Shown: one piece after another, positions 35,663 to 46,039 of the stretch
Layout of the letters: each line of letters starts with the position of its first letter
Numbering within the stretch: position 1 is the stretch's first letter
NCBI GenBank assembly: GCA_017450585.1
Contig: JAFSTI010000030.1
Location: forward strand, 110 to 64,109
Origin: Bacteroidales bacterium
GTDB lineage: Bacteria; Bacteroidota; Bacteroidia; Bacteroidales; UBA932
Reading direction: 5' to 3'
DNA: 64,000 bases
Notes under the pieces: generated by a model
Database searches by the model: none
Seen by the model: only the letters and a program-made list of their open reading frames with translations
What the model was told of the DNA's origin: nothing
Made by a program: the position numbers and the translations under genes

Positions 35663-36700
35663 ATGGCGGAGAAGAAGAATAACGACGTATTGATCGCGAC
35701 GATTATCATCATTCTGGTAATCGTAGCCATCGTCGTATTCCTGACTCTCCGTGACCGCAGAGCAGCCAGTGAGGCAGGAGGGGCCGGCACTGCCATCGGG
35801 GAGGCATTGGCTCCCGAAAAGGGAGGGGACCCACGCAGTGGGGAGGACCGCCACGATGGCAGTGACCGGGCCCGACGGGTGGCGGCGACGGGCCAGCCGT
35901 GGCTGGAACTGCCGGCAAGCACGACAGAAGGGCCTGGCGAACGCGAAGGCCTGTACTGCACCACGCATTACGGCACGCTGAACGGCACCAAAGCCCGAAA
36001 CTACACCATTCTCTACGACCCCGAAACATACGCCTCATACTGGGTCGCCTACCCCATCTGCGCCGCCCACCTGGGCACCGGCCGTAAAGAAAGCTGGGGC
36101 TACGATCCGGCCATACCGAAAGAAAAGCAGACCAGCGTCAGCAGCGGATACGGGGTATCCTATGCCACTCAGAAGTATTCCTCCAACTCCTATGCACGCG
36201 GTCATCAGATCCCCAACGCAGACCGTAACGGCTGCGAAGAAATGATGGCCCAGACCTATTACAGCACGAACATGACGCCCCAGCTACAAAACGGCTTCAA
36301 CGGCCACATCTGGGCTAAACTCGAGAAAGCCGTCCGGGATATGGTTCCCGTCGGCGACACTCTGTATGTTGTTACCGGGGCTTCATTCCGTAAAGTAGGA
36401 GGCAACGAGGAGATACACTATATCACGAATAAGAACGGAGGGACTTCCCTGCCAGTTCCGAACTATTACTGGAAAGTGGTCCTGAAAGTTAAGCGTGATG
36501 CAAACGGCATATCCGATGCCAGCGCCATCGGGTTCTGGCTGCCTCATGAGGAAATTACCGAGCGGCAGTGGTACGACTATACGGTAAGCGTCGATCAGAT
36601 CGAGGCCTGGACAGGCTTCGACTTCTTCGCGAATCTCAGCACTTCGCTTCAGGACGGATCCGAAGCCAATACCGACCTTGAATCATTCAGATCATATTAG
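35663..36700 (+). CDS. Membrane-anchored DNA/RNA non-specific endonuclease (His-Me finger)
   Basis: N-terminal TM helix; YARGHQIPNAD, NMTPQ...FNGHIW and VPNYYWKVVL motifs. Confidence 0.9.
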   Translation: MAEKKNNDVLIATIIIILVIVAIVVFLTLRDRRAASEAGGAGTAIGEALAPEKGGDPRSGEDRHDGSDRARRVAATGQPWLELPASTTEGPGEREGLYCTTHYGTLNGTKARNYTILYDPETYASYWVAYPICAAHLGTGRKESWGYDPAIPKEKQTSVSSGYGVSYATQKYSSNSYARGHQIPNADRNGCEEMMAQTYYSTNMTPQLQNGFNGHIWAKLEKAVRDMVPVGDTLYVVTGASFRKVGGNEEIHYITNKNGGTSLPVPNYYWKVVLKVKRDANGISDASAIGFWLPHEEITERQWYDYTVSVDQIEAWTGFDFFANLSTSLQDGSEANTDLESFRSY

Positions 36701-36702
36701 CC

Positions 36703-37806
36703 ATGAGGACTGTTGAAGAACTTCTCTTTATCACGCTGCGGGCGGGACTCGGGGCTGAATTAAGCCCGGGTGTTGAGGCATGTGCCGATGATGCCCTTTG
36801 GGAGCAGGTGATAAACCTCGCCCGCAAGCAGGGAACCTTGGCCATCTGCCAGGACGGTCTTGTCAGGCTGATGAACGAAGGGGTCGATACCGGGATTGGT
36901 AAACAACTCAGACGGAGCTGGTTTAGCCGAAGCGTCAGTTACGAACGCCAATACGAGAAATACACCAAGGTCCTTTCCTCTCTTGCCGGCCTGTACGACA
37001 AGGAAGGCTTCAAGATGATGACGATGAAAGGATACGGGATGTCGCTGCTCTACCCCACTCCCCAACACCGTCCCTGCGGCGATATTGACATATGGCTTTT
37101 CGGCAGGCAAAAAAAGGCAGACCTGATGCTTCGCAAGAAGTATAGCGTGGGCATTGACGATAGCCACCACATCCACTCCGTGTTTAAGGCGAACGGAATC
37201 ACGATTGAGAACCACTACGACTTCTTCAACCCGTACAGCTACGCCTCTAACCGCAGGGTCAATGAGCTATTGACAGAGTTGGCGACCGTGGACCAATGCG
37301 GCACTTTGGACCTGGATGGCAGAACGGTCTACATCCCTTCGGCAGATTTCAACGCCCTCTACCTGGTACGGCATGCGGCCCAACATTTTGCTGCCATCGA
37401 GATTACTCTGAGACACCTGCTCGACTGGGGCTTTTTCTGTAAGGCACACGGGAGCGATGTCGATTGGGACCGAATGCTTCCGCTGATTGAGTCCCTGAAT
37501 ATGGACCGTTTCCTGCATGCCATCGACGCTATCCTTGTTGATTACCTGGGGTTCAGCGAGAGTTGTTTCCCGCCCATCAAACGGGATTATGATCTGGAAG
37601 CGAGGGTGCTGGAATCCATCATCGCGCCGGAGTATCCCGATGATGCCAAACCCTCTAGGGGCCTTTTCCGCATCCTTATCTGGAAGCTCAGGCGCTGGTC
37701 TTCCAATCTCTGGAAGCAGCGCATAGTCTATAACGAGTCTCCCCTGCGCACCTTCCTGTCGCAGATTCTCTCGCATATCCTTAAACCCGGGACTATCAAA
37801 TCGTAA
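36703..37806 (+). CDS. Nucleotidyltransferase family protein (NTP_transf_5-like)
   Basis: MKG...LYP and RPCGDIDIW (GDxD) motifs, IENHY, and LRHLLDW. Confidence 0.8.
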   Translation: MRTVEELLFITLRAGLGAELSPGVEACADDALWEQVINLARKQGTLAICQDGLVRLMNEGVDTGIGKQLRRSWFSRSVSYERQYEKYTKVLSSLAGLYDKEGFKMMTMKGYGMSLLYPTPQHRPCGDIDIWLFGRQKKADLMLRKKYSVGIDDSHHIHSVFKANGITIENHYDFFNPYSYASNRRVNELLTELATVDQCGTLDLDGRTVYIPSADFNALYLVRHAAQHFAAIEITLRHLLDWGFFCKAHGSDVDWDRMLPLIESLNMDRFLHAIDAILVDYLGFSESCFPPIKRDYDLEARVLESIIAPEYPDDAKPSRGLFRILIWKLRRWSSNLWKQRIVYNESPLRTFLSQILSHILKPGTIKS

Positions 37807-39242
37807 TGCAATATACGAAGAGTACCATATTGAAATCCTTTGCCTGGAAGCTGCTTGAGAAATTCAGCCTCCAGATTATCGCTTTCGTGGTCGCGATCGT
37901 TCTCGCCAGACTCCTTAGTCCGGAAGATTTCGGTATGGCAGCCATCATCATCGTGATTATGACGATAAGTGATGTCATCATCCAGGGCGGCTTGAATATG
38001 GCGGTCGTACAGAAAAAAGATCCAAACAGTGATGATTACTCCACCATCTTCTGGTGCAGTCTCCTCTTGTCACTGGTCATATATCTGCTGGTGTTCATCT
38101 TTGCGGGGAGAATATCATCATTCTTCCATATGGAAGGGCTGAAAGCCCCCTTGAGGGTGCTGTGCCTGACCTTGATTGCATATGCGTTCAACTCTGTACA
38201 GCGGGCTTACGTCTCGAAAAACATGCTCTACAGGCAGCAGTTCATCGCCGCCTTGATCGCCGTTCTTTCTGCCGGAGCCACTGGAATCATCCTGGCTGTC
38301 AGAGGCTATGGAGTATGGGCTCTCGTATGGTATTATTTGCTTACCACAGTATTAACCTCCTTCCTGATGTTGATCACTGTGAAATGGAGACCCACATTCA
38401 GGTTCAGTGTAACGTCGTTCAAAGCGTTGTTTGGATTCGGATGGAAGATAATGCTTTCCAATACCATTATTTCGGTGTTTAATAATGTCCGTAGCATAAT
38501 TGTCGGCCGGCTTTTTCCTGCGGGACTTCTGGGCTTCTACGACAGAGGACGTCAATTCCCTGCCATCGTGGTGGAGAATATCAATGCTTCCGTGCAGACC
38601 GTGATATTCCCCGTACTGTCTGAAGACCAGGATAACACATCAGCGATGAAAGAGACGATGCGAAAAAGCATACGGATTTGCACTTTCGTTATTTTCCCTG
38701 TCCTGGCCTGGCTGCTGGCCTGTGCTGACAGCGTCACGGAACTTGTCCTGACAGCCAAATGGCTTCCGGCCGTCCCGTATATGCGCATTTTCTGCATTGC
38801 ATATCTGCTTCTCCCGCTCCAGTTATCGAATCTGGAGGCGATCAAAGCCCTCGGACACAGCGAGGTTACTCTTCGCATCGAATTGATCAAGAAAGCAGTG
38901 GAGATAGCCGTACTTATCGTCAGTGCAAAAATGGGAATAATGGCTATCGCATGGGGCGTCGTGATCTGTAATGCCGCCGCACTATTAATAAACCTGCCCC
39001 CTACGCTCCGATATCTCGGATATAGCATCAGAGAGCAGATTTCCGATATTCTACCCCAGCTTCTGATTTCGGCTCTTGCAGGCGCTGCCGCGTATGCCAT
39101 AGGCCTGTGTGGGCTCGGAGTTGCACTGAAGGTTCTGCTTCAGTTGTCCGCAGGCATCTTGGTCTATTATCTGCTTTCCGCCCTGTTCCGCGTAAAAGCC
39201 TTTGAAAGCGGAAAATCCTATATGAAGTCAATGATTCAATGA
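37806..39242 (+). CDS. wzx: Wzx-type polysaccharide flippase
   Basis: LARLLSPEDFG, about 12 TM helices, LGFYDRG motif. Confidence 0.9.
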   Translation: MQYTKSTILKSFAWKLLEKFSLQIIAFVVAIVLARLLSPEDFGMAAIIIVIMTISDVIIQGGLNMAVVQKKDPNSDDYSTIFWCSLLLSLVIYLLVFIFAGRISSFFHMEGLKAPLRVLCLTLIAYAFNSVQRAYVSKNMLYRQQFIAALIAVLSAGATGIILAVRGYGVWALVWYYLLTTVLTSFLMLITVKWRPTFRFSVTSFKALFGFGWKIMLSNTIISVFNNVRSIIVGRLFPAGLLGFYDRGRQFPAIVVENINASVQTVIFPVLSEDQDNTSAMKETMRKSIRICTFVIFPVLAWLLACADSVTELVLTAKWLPAVPYMRIFCIAYLLLPLQLSNLEAIKALGHSEVTLRIELIKKAVEIAVLIVSAKMGIMAIAWGVVICNAAALLINLPPTLRYLGYSIREQISDILPQLLISALAGAAAYAIGLCGLGVALKVLLQLSAGILVYYLLSALFRVKAFESGKSYMKSMIQ

Positions 39243-39246
39243 CAGC

Positions 39247-40143
39247 ATGAAGTTATCCATCATCATACCGGTTTATAATGTGGAAGACTTCCTGCAGGAA
39301 TGCCTGGATAGTGTTCTGTGCCTGGAAGGCGAAGACTGGGAGGTGATCGCGGTGGACGACGGGTCTACCGACTCTTCTTCGGACATTCTCGACTCATATT
39401 CCGGGCATCAGAATGTAAAAATAATCCATACTCCAAACGGCGGCTCATCAGCGGCTCGGAACAGGGGCATGTCCGAAGCCTCCGGAGAGTATGTAGCATT
39501 TATCGACAGCGATGATACAGTCGACGCCGGTGCCCTGCGCTCATTAATCGATTTACTTGACGGACAAGACGTTCTTGCGGCATCATATATGATCCAGGAT
39601 GGAGACGGGACTCTTCACGAAGACCGCCGGCACATTTTGCCGGACGGTTTAAAATGTGACGGTCCGGTATTCATCAGGAAGTATCTTTCCCGGGCATCTG
39701 CCGTAGTCTGGCGCAGCATATGGAGGCGTGAACTGATTGCTTCGATCTCGTTTCATGAAGGGGTCCGTTTCGAAGATGTAGAGTGGAGTCTCATGGCATA
39801 TCACTATGCCTCGCTGATAGAATGCAGGGATATACCCTTTTATTATTACAGGTTGCGGAACGGTTCGATAATGAGCTCACATGCAGACTTCAGGACATTG
39901 TCCGACGCCATGACTGTATGCCAAAGCCTTTTGGATTCTTCTAAGGATGTGAAAGACCGCGGGATCCGCCGCGTTTACGAGATTCAAGGCCTGCACGGAG
40001 CCATATATACGGCACTTCGCAGCCGCAAATCGCTTACAAAGTCTCAAAAACGGTCGTTCGTTACGTTTCTACGGAAAAACCGGACGACAGATTTCAAGTA
40101 TGCCATAATCAGATTGGCCAGTATCATTCTTTTCAGTTTCTGA
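39247..40143 (+). CDS. GT2 glycosyltransferase
   Basis: SIIIPVYNVE, VDDGSTD, ARNRG, FIDSDD and FEDVEW motifs. Confidence 0.93.
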   Translation: MKLSIIIPVYNVEDFLQECLDSVLCLEGEDWEVIAVDDGSTDSSSDILDSYSGHQNVKIIHTPNGGSSAARNRGMSEASGEYVAFIDSDDTVDAGALRSLIDLLDGQDVLAASYMIQDGDGTLHEDRRHILPDGLKCDGPVFIRKYLSRASAVVWRSIWRRELIASISFHEGVRFEDVEWSLMAYHYASLIECRDIPFYYYRLRNGSIMSSHADFRTLSDAMTVCQSLLDSSKDVKDRGIRRVYEIQGLHGAIYTALRSRKSLTKSQKRSFVTFLRKNRTTDFKYAIIRLASIILFSF

Positions 40144-40147
40144 GACT

Positions 40148-41260
40148 ATGGCTCTTGCATTTACAGTATATTTCGGCCTGCTGATCCTGCTTCTTGCACA
40201 TTCCGCTTTGGTACATGGCAAGAAGTTTACTCCTGCAGCCTGGCTGGCTGTTTCCCTGGGGCCTATCCTGCTTATGGCCTTAGTGCTGGGGTTCAGATAT
40301 GACGTCGGAATGGACTACATGATGTACGCACAGCACTTCGATAATATCGGGCGTTATCTGAATGACGAGGAGACCTACGAACCGGTATATGAACTGATTA
40401 ATATTATCCTGGGACGAGCCGGAGCCCCGCTTCCGCTCTTGTTCATGGTGACTGTGGGTCTGGAAACGGCCTTCTTCTATATGGCCTTCGAGGACAAGCA
40501 GGAAATGCTCCCCTTCGCCGTCCTGTTCTATTTCATTACCGGACAAATCTTTTATGACCTTAATATCGTCAGACATGCCATTGCGACGATGATATTTATC
40601 TGGAGCCTGAGATATCTGGATAGCGGTGAGTTCTGGAAATATCTGCTGGGGATTGCGTTTGCGAGCTGTTTTCACATCGCTGCCTCGGTCCTGATCCTGG
40701 TATGGTTTCTCCGATCGCCGAAACGGCTGTTCATCGACCGTCCGTCGATAGTAGTAATTCTGTTTATCATTACCCTTATCATTGGCCCGATAGTCACGAA
40801 AACTCTTTTCGATCCGATGAAAGATGTTTTTGAAGTGCTGGGCTACAAGAACTACATCTATCTGGTCGAAGATTGGGAAATGGACATTTCAAGCGGAATG
40901 GGAATGTATCTGCATAAAGCGTTGGATCTGGTCACCATCCTGCTGGGACTGAAGTTCGCAGGACAGATCGGAAGTAAATCTTTCAATGCCGCGCTGCGGA
41001 CATTTATAATAGGCGCATGGCTGGCCAATATCTTCGGTCTGAACATGCTGCTTTCTCGTATACCGTTCTCACTGACATCGCTGCGCATACTGATATTGCC
41101 TGTCATTGCCGCGAACGTTCTTAAAGACAGAGAGAATGGTAAATTCACGCTCGAAATGGGTATTATGGCCGGAGTTATGATTATATATCTGGTCTTGTTT
41201 GTCGCCGATATTGCCGGCGGAGCGAGTAAATGCTCGCCATTCCAATTTTACTCCCTATGA
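40148..41260 (+). CDS. EpsG-family polysaccharide polymerase (Wzy-like)
   Basis: GFRYDVGMDY..Y, EPVY, NIVRHAIA and FHIAA motifs; polytopic membrane protein. Confidence 0.85.
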   Translation: MALAFTVYFGLLILLLAHSALVHGKKFTPAAWLAVSLGPILLMALVLGFRYDVGMDYMMYAQHFDNIGRYLNDEETYEPVYELINIILGRAGAPLPLLFMVTVGLETAFFYMAFEDKQEMLPFAVLFYFITGQIFYDLNIVRHAIATMIFIWSLRYLDSGEFWKYLLGIAFASCFHIAASVLILVWFLRSPKRLFIDRPSIVVILFIITLIIGPIVTKTLFDPMKDVFEVLGYKNYIYLVEDWEMDISSGMGMYLHKALDLVTILLGLKFAGQIGSKSFNAALRTFIIGAWLANIFGLNMLLSRIPFSLTSLRILILPVIAANVLKDRENGKFTLEMGIMAGVMIIYLVLFVADIAGGASKCSPFQFYSL

Positions 41261-41967
41261 GTATTCCGAAGGTAATACACTACTGCTGGTTTGGCGGGAA
41301 TCCCCTGCCGGAACTGGCCGCGCAATGCATCGAATCCTGGAAGAAATTTCTTCCCGATTACGAGATCATGCGCTGGGACGAGTCGAATTTCGATGTAAAC
41401 TCCATCCCATACACGGCTGCGGCATACAACGCGCGCAAATTTGCGTTTGTAAGCGATTATGCACGTTTCAGGATACTTTACGAACACGGCGGGGTTTATT
41501 TCGACACTGATGTGGAAGTGATAGCCCGGATGGATGATGTGCTTGAAAAAGGACCATATATGGGACGGGAAAACGGTCACGACGTAGCCTCAGGCCTGGG
41601 AATGGCGGCACCTGCCGGATTACCTTTTTACCGGGAAGTCTTGGATTATTACGAGGGTCTGGAGTTCGATACCACCACGGTCGTGCAGCACGTTACCCGC
41701 CTGCTTGAGAAACACGGCCTGGTAGAGAGCAAGGACGTGGAAACCGTAGCCGGGATTAATATCTATCCCGAGAGCTGGTTCAATCCCATTTCGACCTTTG
41801 ACGGGATCCTGCGGCTGACGCCCGACACCCGCACCATCCATCATTTCGCACAGTCATGGGTGAGCCCGTCGCATCGTTTTTTCAGGAAAATCGCACTCAA
41901 AATACTAGGTCCCGCGAATAAACGGAAACTGTCTGATTTTTTGTTAAATTTGCGTCGCAAAAAATAA
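41257..41967 (+). CDS. GT32 (DXD, Gly_transf_sug) glycosyltransferase
   Basis: IPKVIHYCWFGG, FAFVSDYAR and GGVYFDTDVE motifs; ATGA overlap with the preceding stop. Confidence 0.92.
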   Translation: MSIPKVIHYCWFGGNPLPELAAQCIESWKKFLPDYEIMRWDESNFDVNSIPYTAAAYNARKFAFVSDYARFRILYEHGGVYFDTDVEVIARMDDVLEKGPYMGRENGHDVASGLGMAAPAGLPFYREVLDYYEGLEFDTTTVVQHVTRLLEKHGLVESKDVETVAGINIYPESWFNPISTFDGILRLTPDTRTIHHFAQSWVSPSHRFFRKIALKILGPANKRKLSDFLLNLRRKK

Positions 41968-41977
41968 CCACCACGCA

Positions 41978-43153
41978 ATGAGCGTTTTGCTTGCATCCAT
42001 ATTGCTTTTCGCATTGTCCTTTACCACGGTCGTCATCGTGTATCCCACGGTATGCCGTTTTGCCGTGCGTAACGGGATCATCGACAATCCGGGGGCACGC
42101 AAGCTTCAGAAGCAACCGGTCCCGGTGGCCGGCGGCATCGCTGTATTCTGCGGGGTAGCGGCGGGGCTCCTGGTCGGCGACATGTTTTTCACCATCTGGA
42201 AAGTGTCGGTCCTATTGACCTCAATGCTGGTGCTGCTGATAATCGGCGTGACGGATGACATAAAGACGCTCAGCCCGAAGATCCGGGTGCTCATCGAGAC
42301 CCTGGTCACTTACATGTTTATCACCGGAACGGATTTGTTTATCGCGGATTTCAACACCCTCTGGGGCGTGGAAGGACTTCCGATCTGGGCAGGATACCTG
42401 ATCTCGATTTTCGCGGGCGTGGGCATCCTGAACGCCATGAACCTTCTGGATGGAGTGGACGGTCTGTGCTCGGGCTTCGCCTTTGTCGCGAGCGTCGTGT
42501 TTGCAGGCCTGTTTTTCAAACTGTACTCGCCCAGACTCGGCTGCATCGGAGTCGTTTGCGCCGCATACATATTGCCCTTCTTCTTCCACAATGTCTTCGG
42601 CCGGAAGTCTAAGATGTTCCTCGGGGACGGCGGCTCGCTGCTGCTTGGGCTGATGATGATCATTTTCGTCTTCAGCGCGTTTTCAAACAACTCCCCTGCC
42701 CTGAGGCTGGCGGGGAACGGCGTCGGAAGCGTAGCAATCGTCCTGGCAGTGATGTCCGTGCCGGTTTTCGACACGCTCAGGGTTATGTTCTCGCGCATCC
42801 TGCATGGCTGCTCGCCCTTCCTTCCGGACAATAATCACCTCCATCACGACTTCATAAAACTTGGATTCTCGCACCTGGCGACGACTGTCTGCATGGTCAG
42901 TCTCGACCTGTTGGTGCTGCTCGCATGGCGTATCGCATATGATGCGGGAGGCAGTGTCGACGTGCAGTTTTATGCCGTCCTGGGCACGGGCATCCTGCTT
43001 ACGCTTGGGACTCACCTGATGCTGAAGGGCATTTTAAATCGCGATGCGAAAGCCTGCGCCACGCTTAAGCGCTTCGGTCAATGGACCCGTTCGCTGGAGC
43101 AGACGAAGTTCTGGACAGCAATGGAAAAATTAGCTGACAAAAGATTTCAATAG
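41978..43153 (+). CDS. WecA/MraY-family undecaprenyl-phosphate HexNAc-1-phosphate transferase
   Basis: DNPGARK, PVAGG, GVTDD, NAMNLLDGVDGL, FLGDGGS, DTLRV and HLHH motifs. Confidence 0.9.
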   Translation: MSVLLASILLFALSFTTVVIVYPTVCRFAVRNGIIDNPGARKLQKQPVPVAGGIAVFCGVAAGLLVGDMFFTIWKVSVLLTSMLVLLIIGVTDDIKTLSPKIRVLIETLVTYMFITGTDLFIADFNTLWGVEGLPIWAGYLISIFAGVGILNAMNLLDGVDGLCSGFAFVASVVFAGLFFKLYSPRLGCIGVVCAAYILPFFFHNVFGRKSKMFLGDGGSLLLGLMMIIFVFSAFSNNSPALRLAGNGVGSVAIVLAVMSVPVFDTLRVMFSRILHGCSPFLPDNNHLHHDFIKLGFSHLATTVCMVSLDLLVLLAWRIAYDAGGSVDVQFYAVLGTGILLTLGTHLMLKGILNRDAKACATLKRFGQWTRSLEQTKFWTAMEKLADKRFQ

Positions 43154-43155
43154 AT

Positions 43156-43806
43156 ATGACATTTAACGACATTCTGCAACTGTTCGTAACTAAGGACAAG
43201 CGCTTCTTCCCGCTGTTTATCAATTCTGCGGAGAACATTGTGAAAGCTGCCACCATGCTTGTGGATCTCACTCACGAGGATGATCCCGAAGAAAGAAAAA
43301 TAATCGCTCACAGGATCAAGGAATGCGAGACTGCAGGTGACCAGATCACCGATAATATCATCAATGAACTGATCGACGCTTTTGTTACACCTTTCGACCG
43401 CAACGAGATTCACGACCTGGCCGAAGATATGGATTCCCTGCTGGATTGCATCCGTGATTCATCAAAGAAGATCGTTATTTACCAGCCTAAGACTAACAGT
43501 AAGAAGATAGCGGAGATCGCAGAGTATATCCTGAAAGATGCCGAAATCGTACTGGATATCGTCGGCCGTCTGGAGAATCTCCGCAAGCAGACTAAGGAAC
43601 TCGATAAACTTTGCGATGACATCAAGGATATCGAGCATACCGTTGATGACCTTTACGAGTCATATATGAGCAATCTGTTTGCCTGCGAGAAGGACGCCAT
43701 CGAACTGGTGAAGAAGAAGAACATCATCCAGGCCTTCGAGGACACCTCAGACTGCGCCAAGCGTCTGTCTTCCACCATCCGCAGCATCGTGGTCAAAAAC
43801 GGATAG
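43156..43806 (+). CDS. DUF47 / PhoU-like phosphate transport regulator
   Basis: E-x-x-GD and FVTPFDRNEI motifs; immediately upstream of the PiT gene. Confidence 0.9.
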   Translation: MTFNDILQLFVTKDKRFFPLFINSAENIVKAATMLVDLTHEDDPEERKIIAHRIKECETAGDQITDNIINELIDAFVTPFDRNEIHDLAEDMDSLLDCIRDSSKKIVIYQPKTNSKKIAEIAEYILKDAEIVLDIVGRLENLRKQTKELDKLCDDIKDIEHTVDDLYESYMSNLFACEKDAIELVKKKNIIQAFEDTSDCAKRLSSTIRSIVVKNG

Positions 43807-43811
43807 GTCAG

Positions 43812-44870
43812 ATGGTAATAGTAGTACTGATCACTGCGCTGATAGGCCTGTGGTTCATCTTCACTAACGGGATGAACGACGCCGCCAACTGCATTGCAAC
43901 AGTCGTGGCGACTAAGGCCCTCAGCCCCATCCAGGCCGTTCTCTGGGCCGCGCTGTTCAGTTTTTCGGCCCTGTTTATCTTCGACATGACGGTCGCTGCC
44001 ACCATGGGTAAAGGAATCGTACAGGAAAGCAGCATTGACGTTTACGTGATACTTGCCGCCCTGCTCGGAGCCGTGCTGTGGACGCTTATCTGCACGCGTT
44101 TCGGCATACCGATTTCGACTTCCCACGCCCTGATCGGCGGACTTATCGGGCCCGTATGGTTCGGTAAGGGTGCGGCATTCCTGATCGGCAAGGGTATTTT
44201 CACCATTGTCGCATTCATCGTCATCTCTCCCCTGCTGGGAATGGTGATGGGCTTCGTGCTGAACTCCATTTTTATGGCAATATTCAAAAAGAGCCGTAAA
44301 CCCAAGGTCGACAAGGCCTTCCGACGCATGCAGCTGGTCTCATCCGCCGCCTTTGCCCTCGGATACGGAGGTAACGACGGTCAGAAGACCATGGGCCTGA
44401 TAGCGGTACTGCTGGCATCGGCCTATTCCGTCGCGCCGGACAATGCATTCCTGCAGTTTATTTATGGCAATGGGGCCGCGGCATCCGATGCGTCTTTCTT
44501 TATCCCCATGTGGCTGAAGCTCACCTGCTACGGACTGATTTCGCTGGGTATGGTGACAGGAGGCTGGAAGGTTATCCGCACGCTGGGAGACGGTCTGACC
44601 CGTATCAACCCGGCACAGGGCTTCTGTGCAGAGGCTTCCGGTGCCGCCACACTGATATTGACAGCTCTTGCGGGTATCCCGGTTTCTACGACCCATACCG
44701 TGACCGGTGCAATCATCGGTACAGGACTGACCCGCGGCGTGAAAAAAGTCCGCTGGCTCACCGCGAAGAACATAGTCTGGACCTGGGTGATCACTATCCC
44801 CGTAGCTATCGTTATATCCGGACTGATCTATCTTCTCATGATGAAAACTGGCATCACCTCGATACGATAG
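43812..44870 (+). CDS. pit: PiT-family inorganic phosphate transporter
   Basis: NGMNDAANCIAT, PISTSHALIGG, GGNDGQKTMG and GIPVSTTH motifs. Confidence 0.93.
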   Translation: MVIVVLITALIGLWFIFTNGMNDAANCIATVVATKALSPIQAVLWAALFSFSALFIFDMTVAATMGKGIVQESSIDVYVILAALLGAVLWTLICTRFGIPISTSHALIGGLIGPVWFGKGAAFLIGKGIFTIVAFIVISPLLGMVMGFVLNSIFMAIFKKSRKPKVDKAFRRMQLVSSAAFALGYGGNDGQKTMGLIAVLLASAYSVAPDNAFLQFIYGNGAAASDASFFIPMWLKLTCYGLISLGMVTGGWKVIRTLGDGLTRINPAQGFCAEASGAATLILTALAGIPVSTTHTVTGAIIGTGLTRGVKKVRWLTAKNIVWTWVITIPVAIVISGLIYLLMMKTGITSIR

Positions 44871-45983
44871 ATGAAACTGATATTCAGCGACAACGGGATG
44901 CGGGCCCTGCTGAATTTCCGCATTGATGTGATACGGCACTTCGCTGCCCGTGGGGACGAAGTGATACTGATCTACCCGCAATGCACACACGAGACAGAAC
45001 GCGAACGTGATATTCCTGCAGGATGCAGGACCATCGCCCTTCCGGTCAACCCCACAGGGAGAAGCATAGCGGAGGATATCAGGTATTTCCGCAGCCTGAA
45101 GCGCATTTATAAGTCGGAGAGGCCTGATGCAATCGTGCATTATTCCATTAAGCCCAATATCTACGGCACCCTGGCTGCACGTTCGGCAGGGATAAAGAAT
45201 ATCGCCGTAGTCGCCGGCCTGGGCTATGCCTTTACCGGCAACCAGCCCGGTAAGGTAATCGCAAGGGCGATGCTCCGCTTCGGACTGCGCCGTGCAGACA
45301 CTGTGATCACTCTGAATACCGTGATCCGGGATCTGCTACTCTCAAGGCATTTTGTTCATTCCCGGAGGCTCCTGCTGCTGGAAGGCGGAGAAGGTGTCAA
45401 TCTGGATAAATTCAGGCCTGAAGCGAATGCGGCCGCCGCTGAGCCCAGGTTCCTGCTGGTGGCTCGGGTACTGTTTGACAAGGGCTATGAAGAATACGTC
45501 CAGGCTGCCTCTGAGATTCATAAAACATATCCCGATGTACACTTCGACCTACTGGGCCCTTTGGATACCGAAAGCCCGATGGGTGTACCTCAGGAGCGTC
45601 TGGAAGAAGATGTACGCAGCGGCCACATACGCTATCTCGGATATATGACCGATCCCCGCACAGAAATCAGGCGGAGCGGCACCGTAATGGTTCTCCCCAG
45701 CTGGCATGAAGGGCTAAGCCGTGCTCTTATGGAGGGAGTCGCCATGGGACTGCCCGTAATTGCAAGCGATATCCCCGGATGCCGGGAACTGGTCGCCGAG
45801 GGTATCAACGGTTACCTGTGCCGGAGCCATGATGCCTCATCCCTGAGGGGTGCGATGTCCCGGATGTTGAGTATCAGCGATGAAGAGAGGGCTGAAATGG
45901 GCCGGCAGAGCCGGAAATTGGCTGAAGAGAGATTCGATGTTCAGAAAGTGATAGAAGTTTACGAGTCTCTTATTGGGAAATAG
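44871..45983 (+). CDS. GT4 glycosyltransferase (PglA/WbnH-like)
   Basis: IKPNIYG, GLGYAF, GEGVNL, KGYEEY and PSWHEGLSRALMEG motifs. Confidence 0.9.
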   Translation: MKLIFSDNGMRALLNFRIDVIRHFAARGDEVILIYPQCTHETERERDIPAGCRTIALPVNPTGRSIAEDIRYFRSLKRIYKSERPDAIVHYSIKPNIYGTLAARSAGIKNIAVVAGLGYAFTGNQPGKVIARAMLRFGLRRADTVITLNTVIRDLLLSRHFVHSRRLLLLEGGEGVNLDKFRPEANAAAAEPRFLLVARVLFDKGYEEYVQAASEIHKTYPDVHFDLLGPLDTESPMGVPQERLEEDVRSGHIRYLGYMTDPRTEIRRSGTVMVLPSWHEGLSRALMEGVAMGLPVIASDIPGCRELVAEGINGYLCRSHDASSLRGAMSRMLSISDEERAEMGRQSRKLAEERFDVQKVIEVYESLIGK

Positions 45984-45996
45984 GCAGGATAATTAT

Positions 45997-46004
45997 TATC
46001 TTTG
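45997..46004 (+). promoter_or_regulatory. Bacteroidetes -7 promoter box (TATCTTTG)
   Basis: Exact consensus 35 nt upstream of the TPR gene ATG. Confidence 0.65.
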
Positions 46005-46039
46005 CATGATTTAAAGATAACGATAAATTATAAGATATT

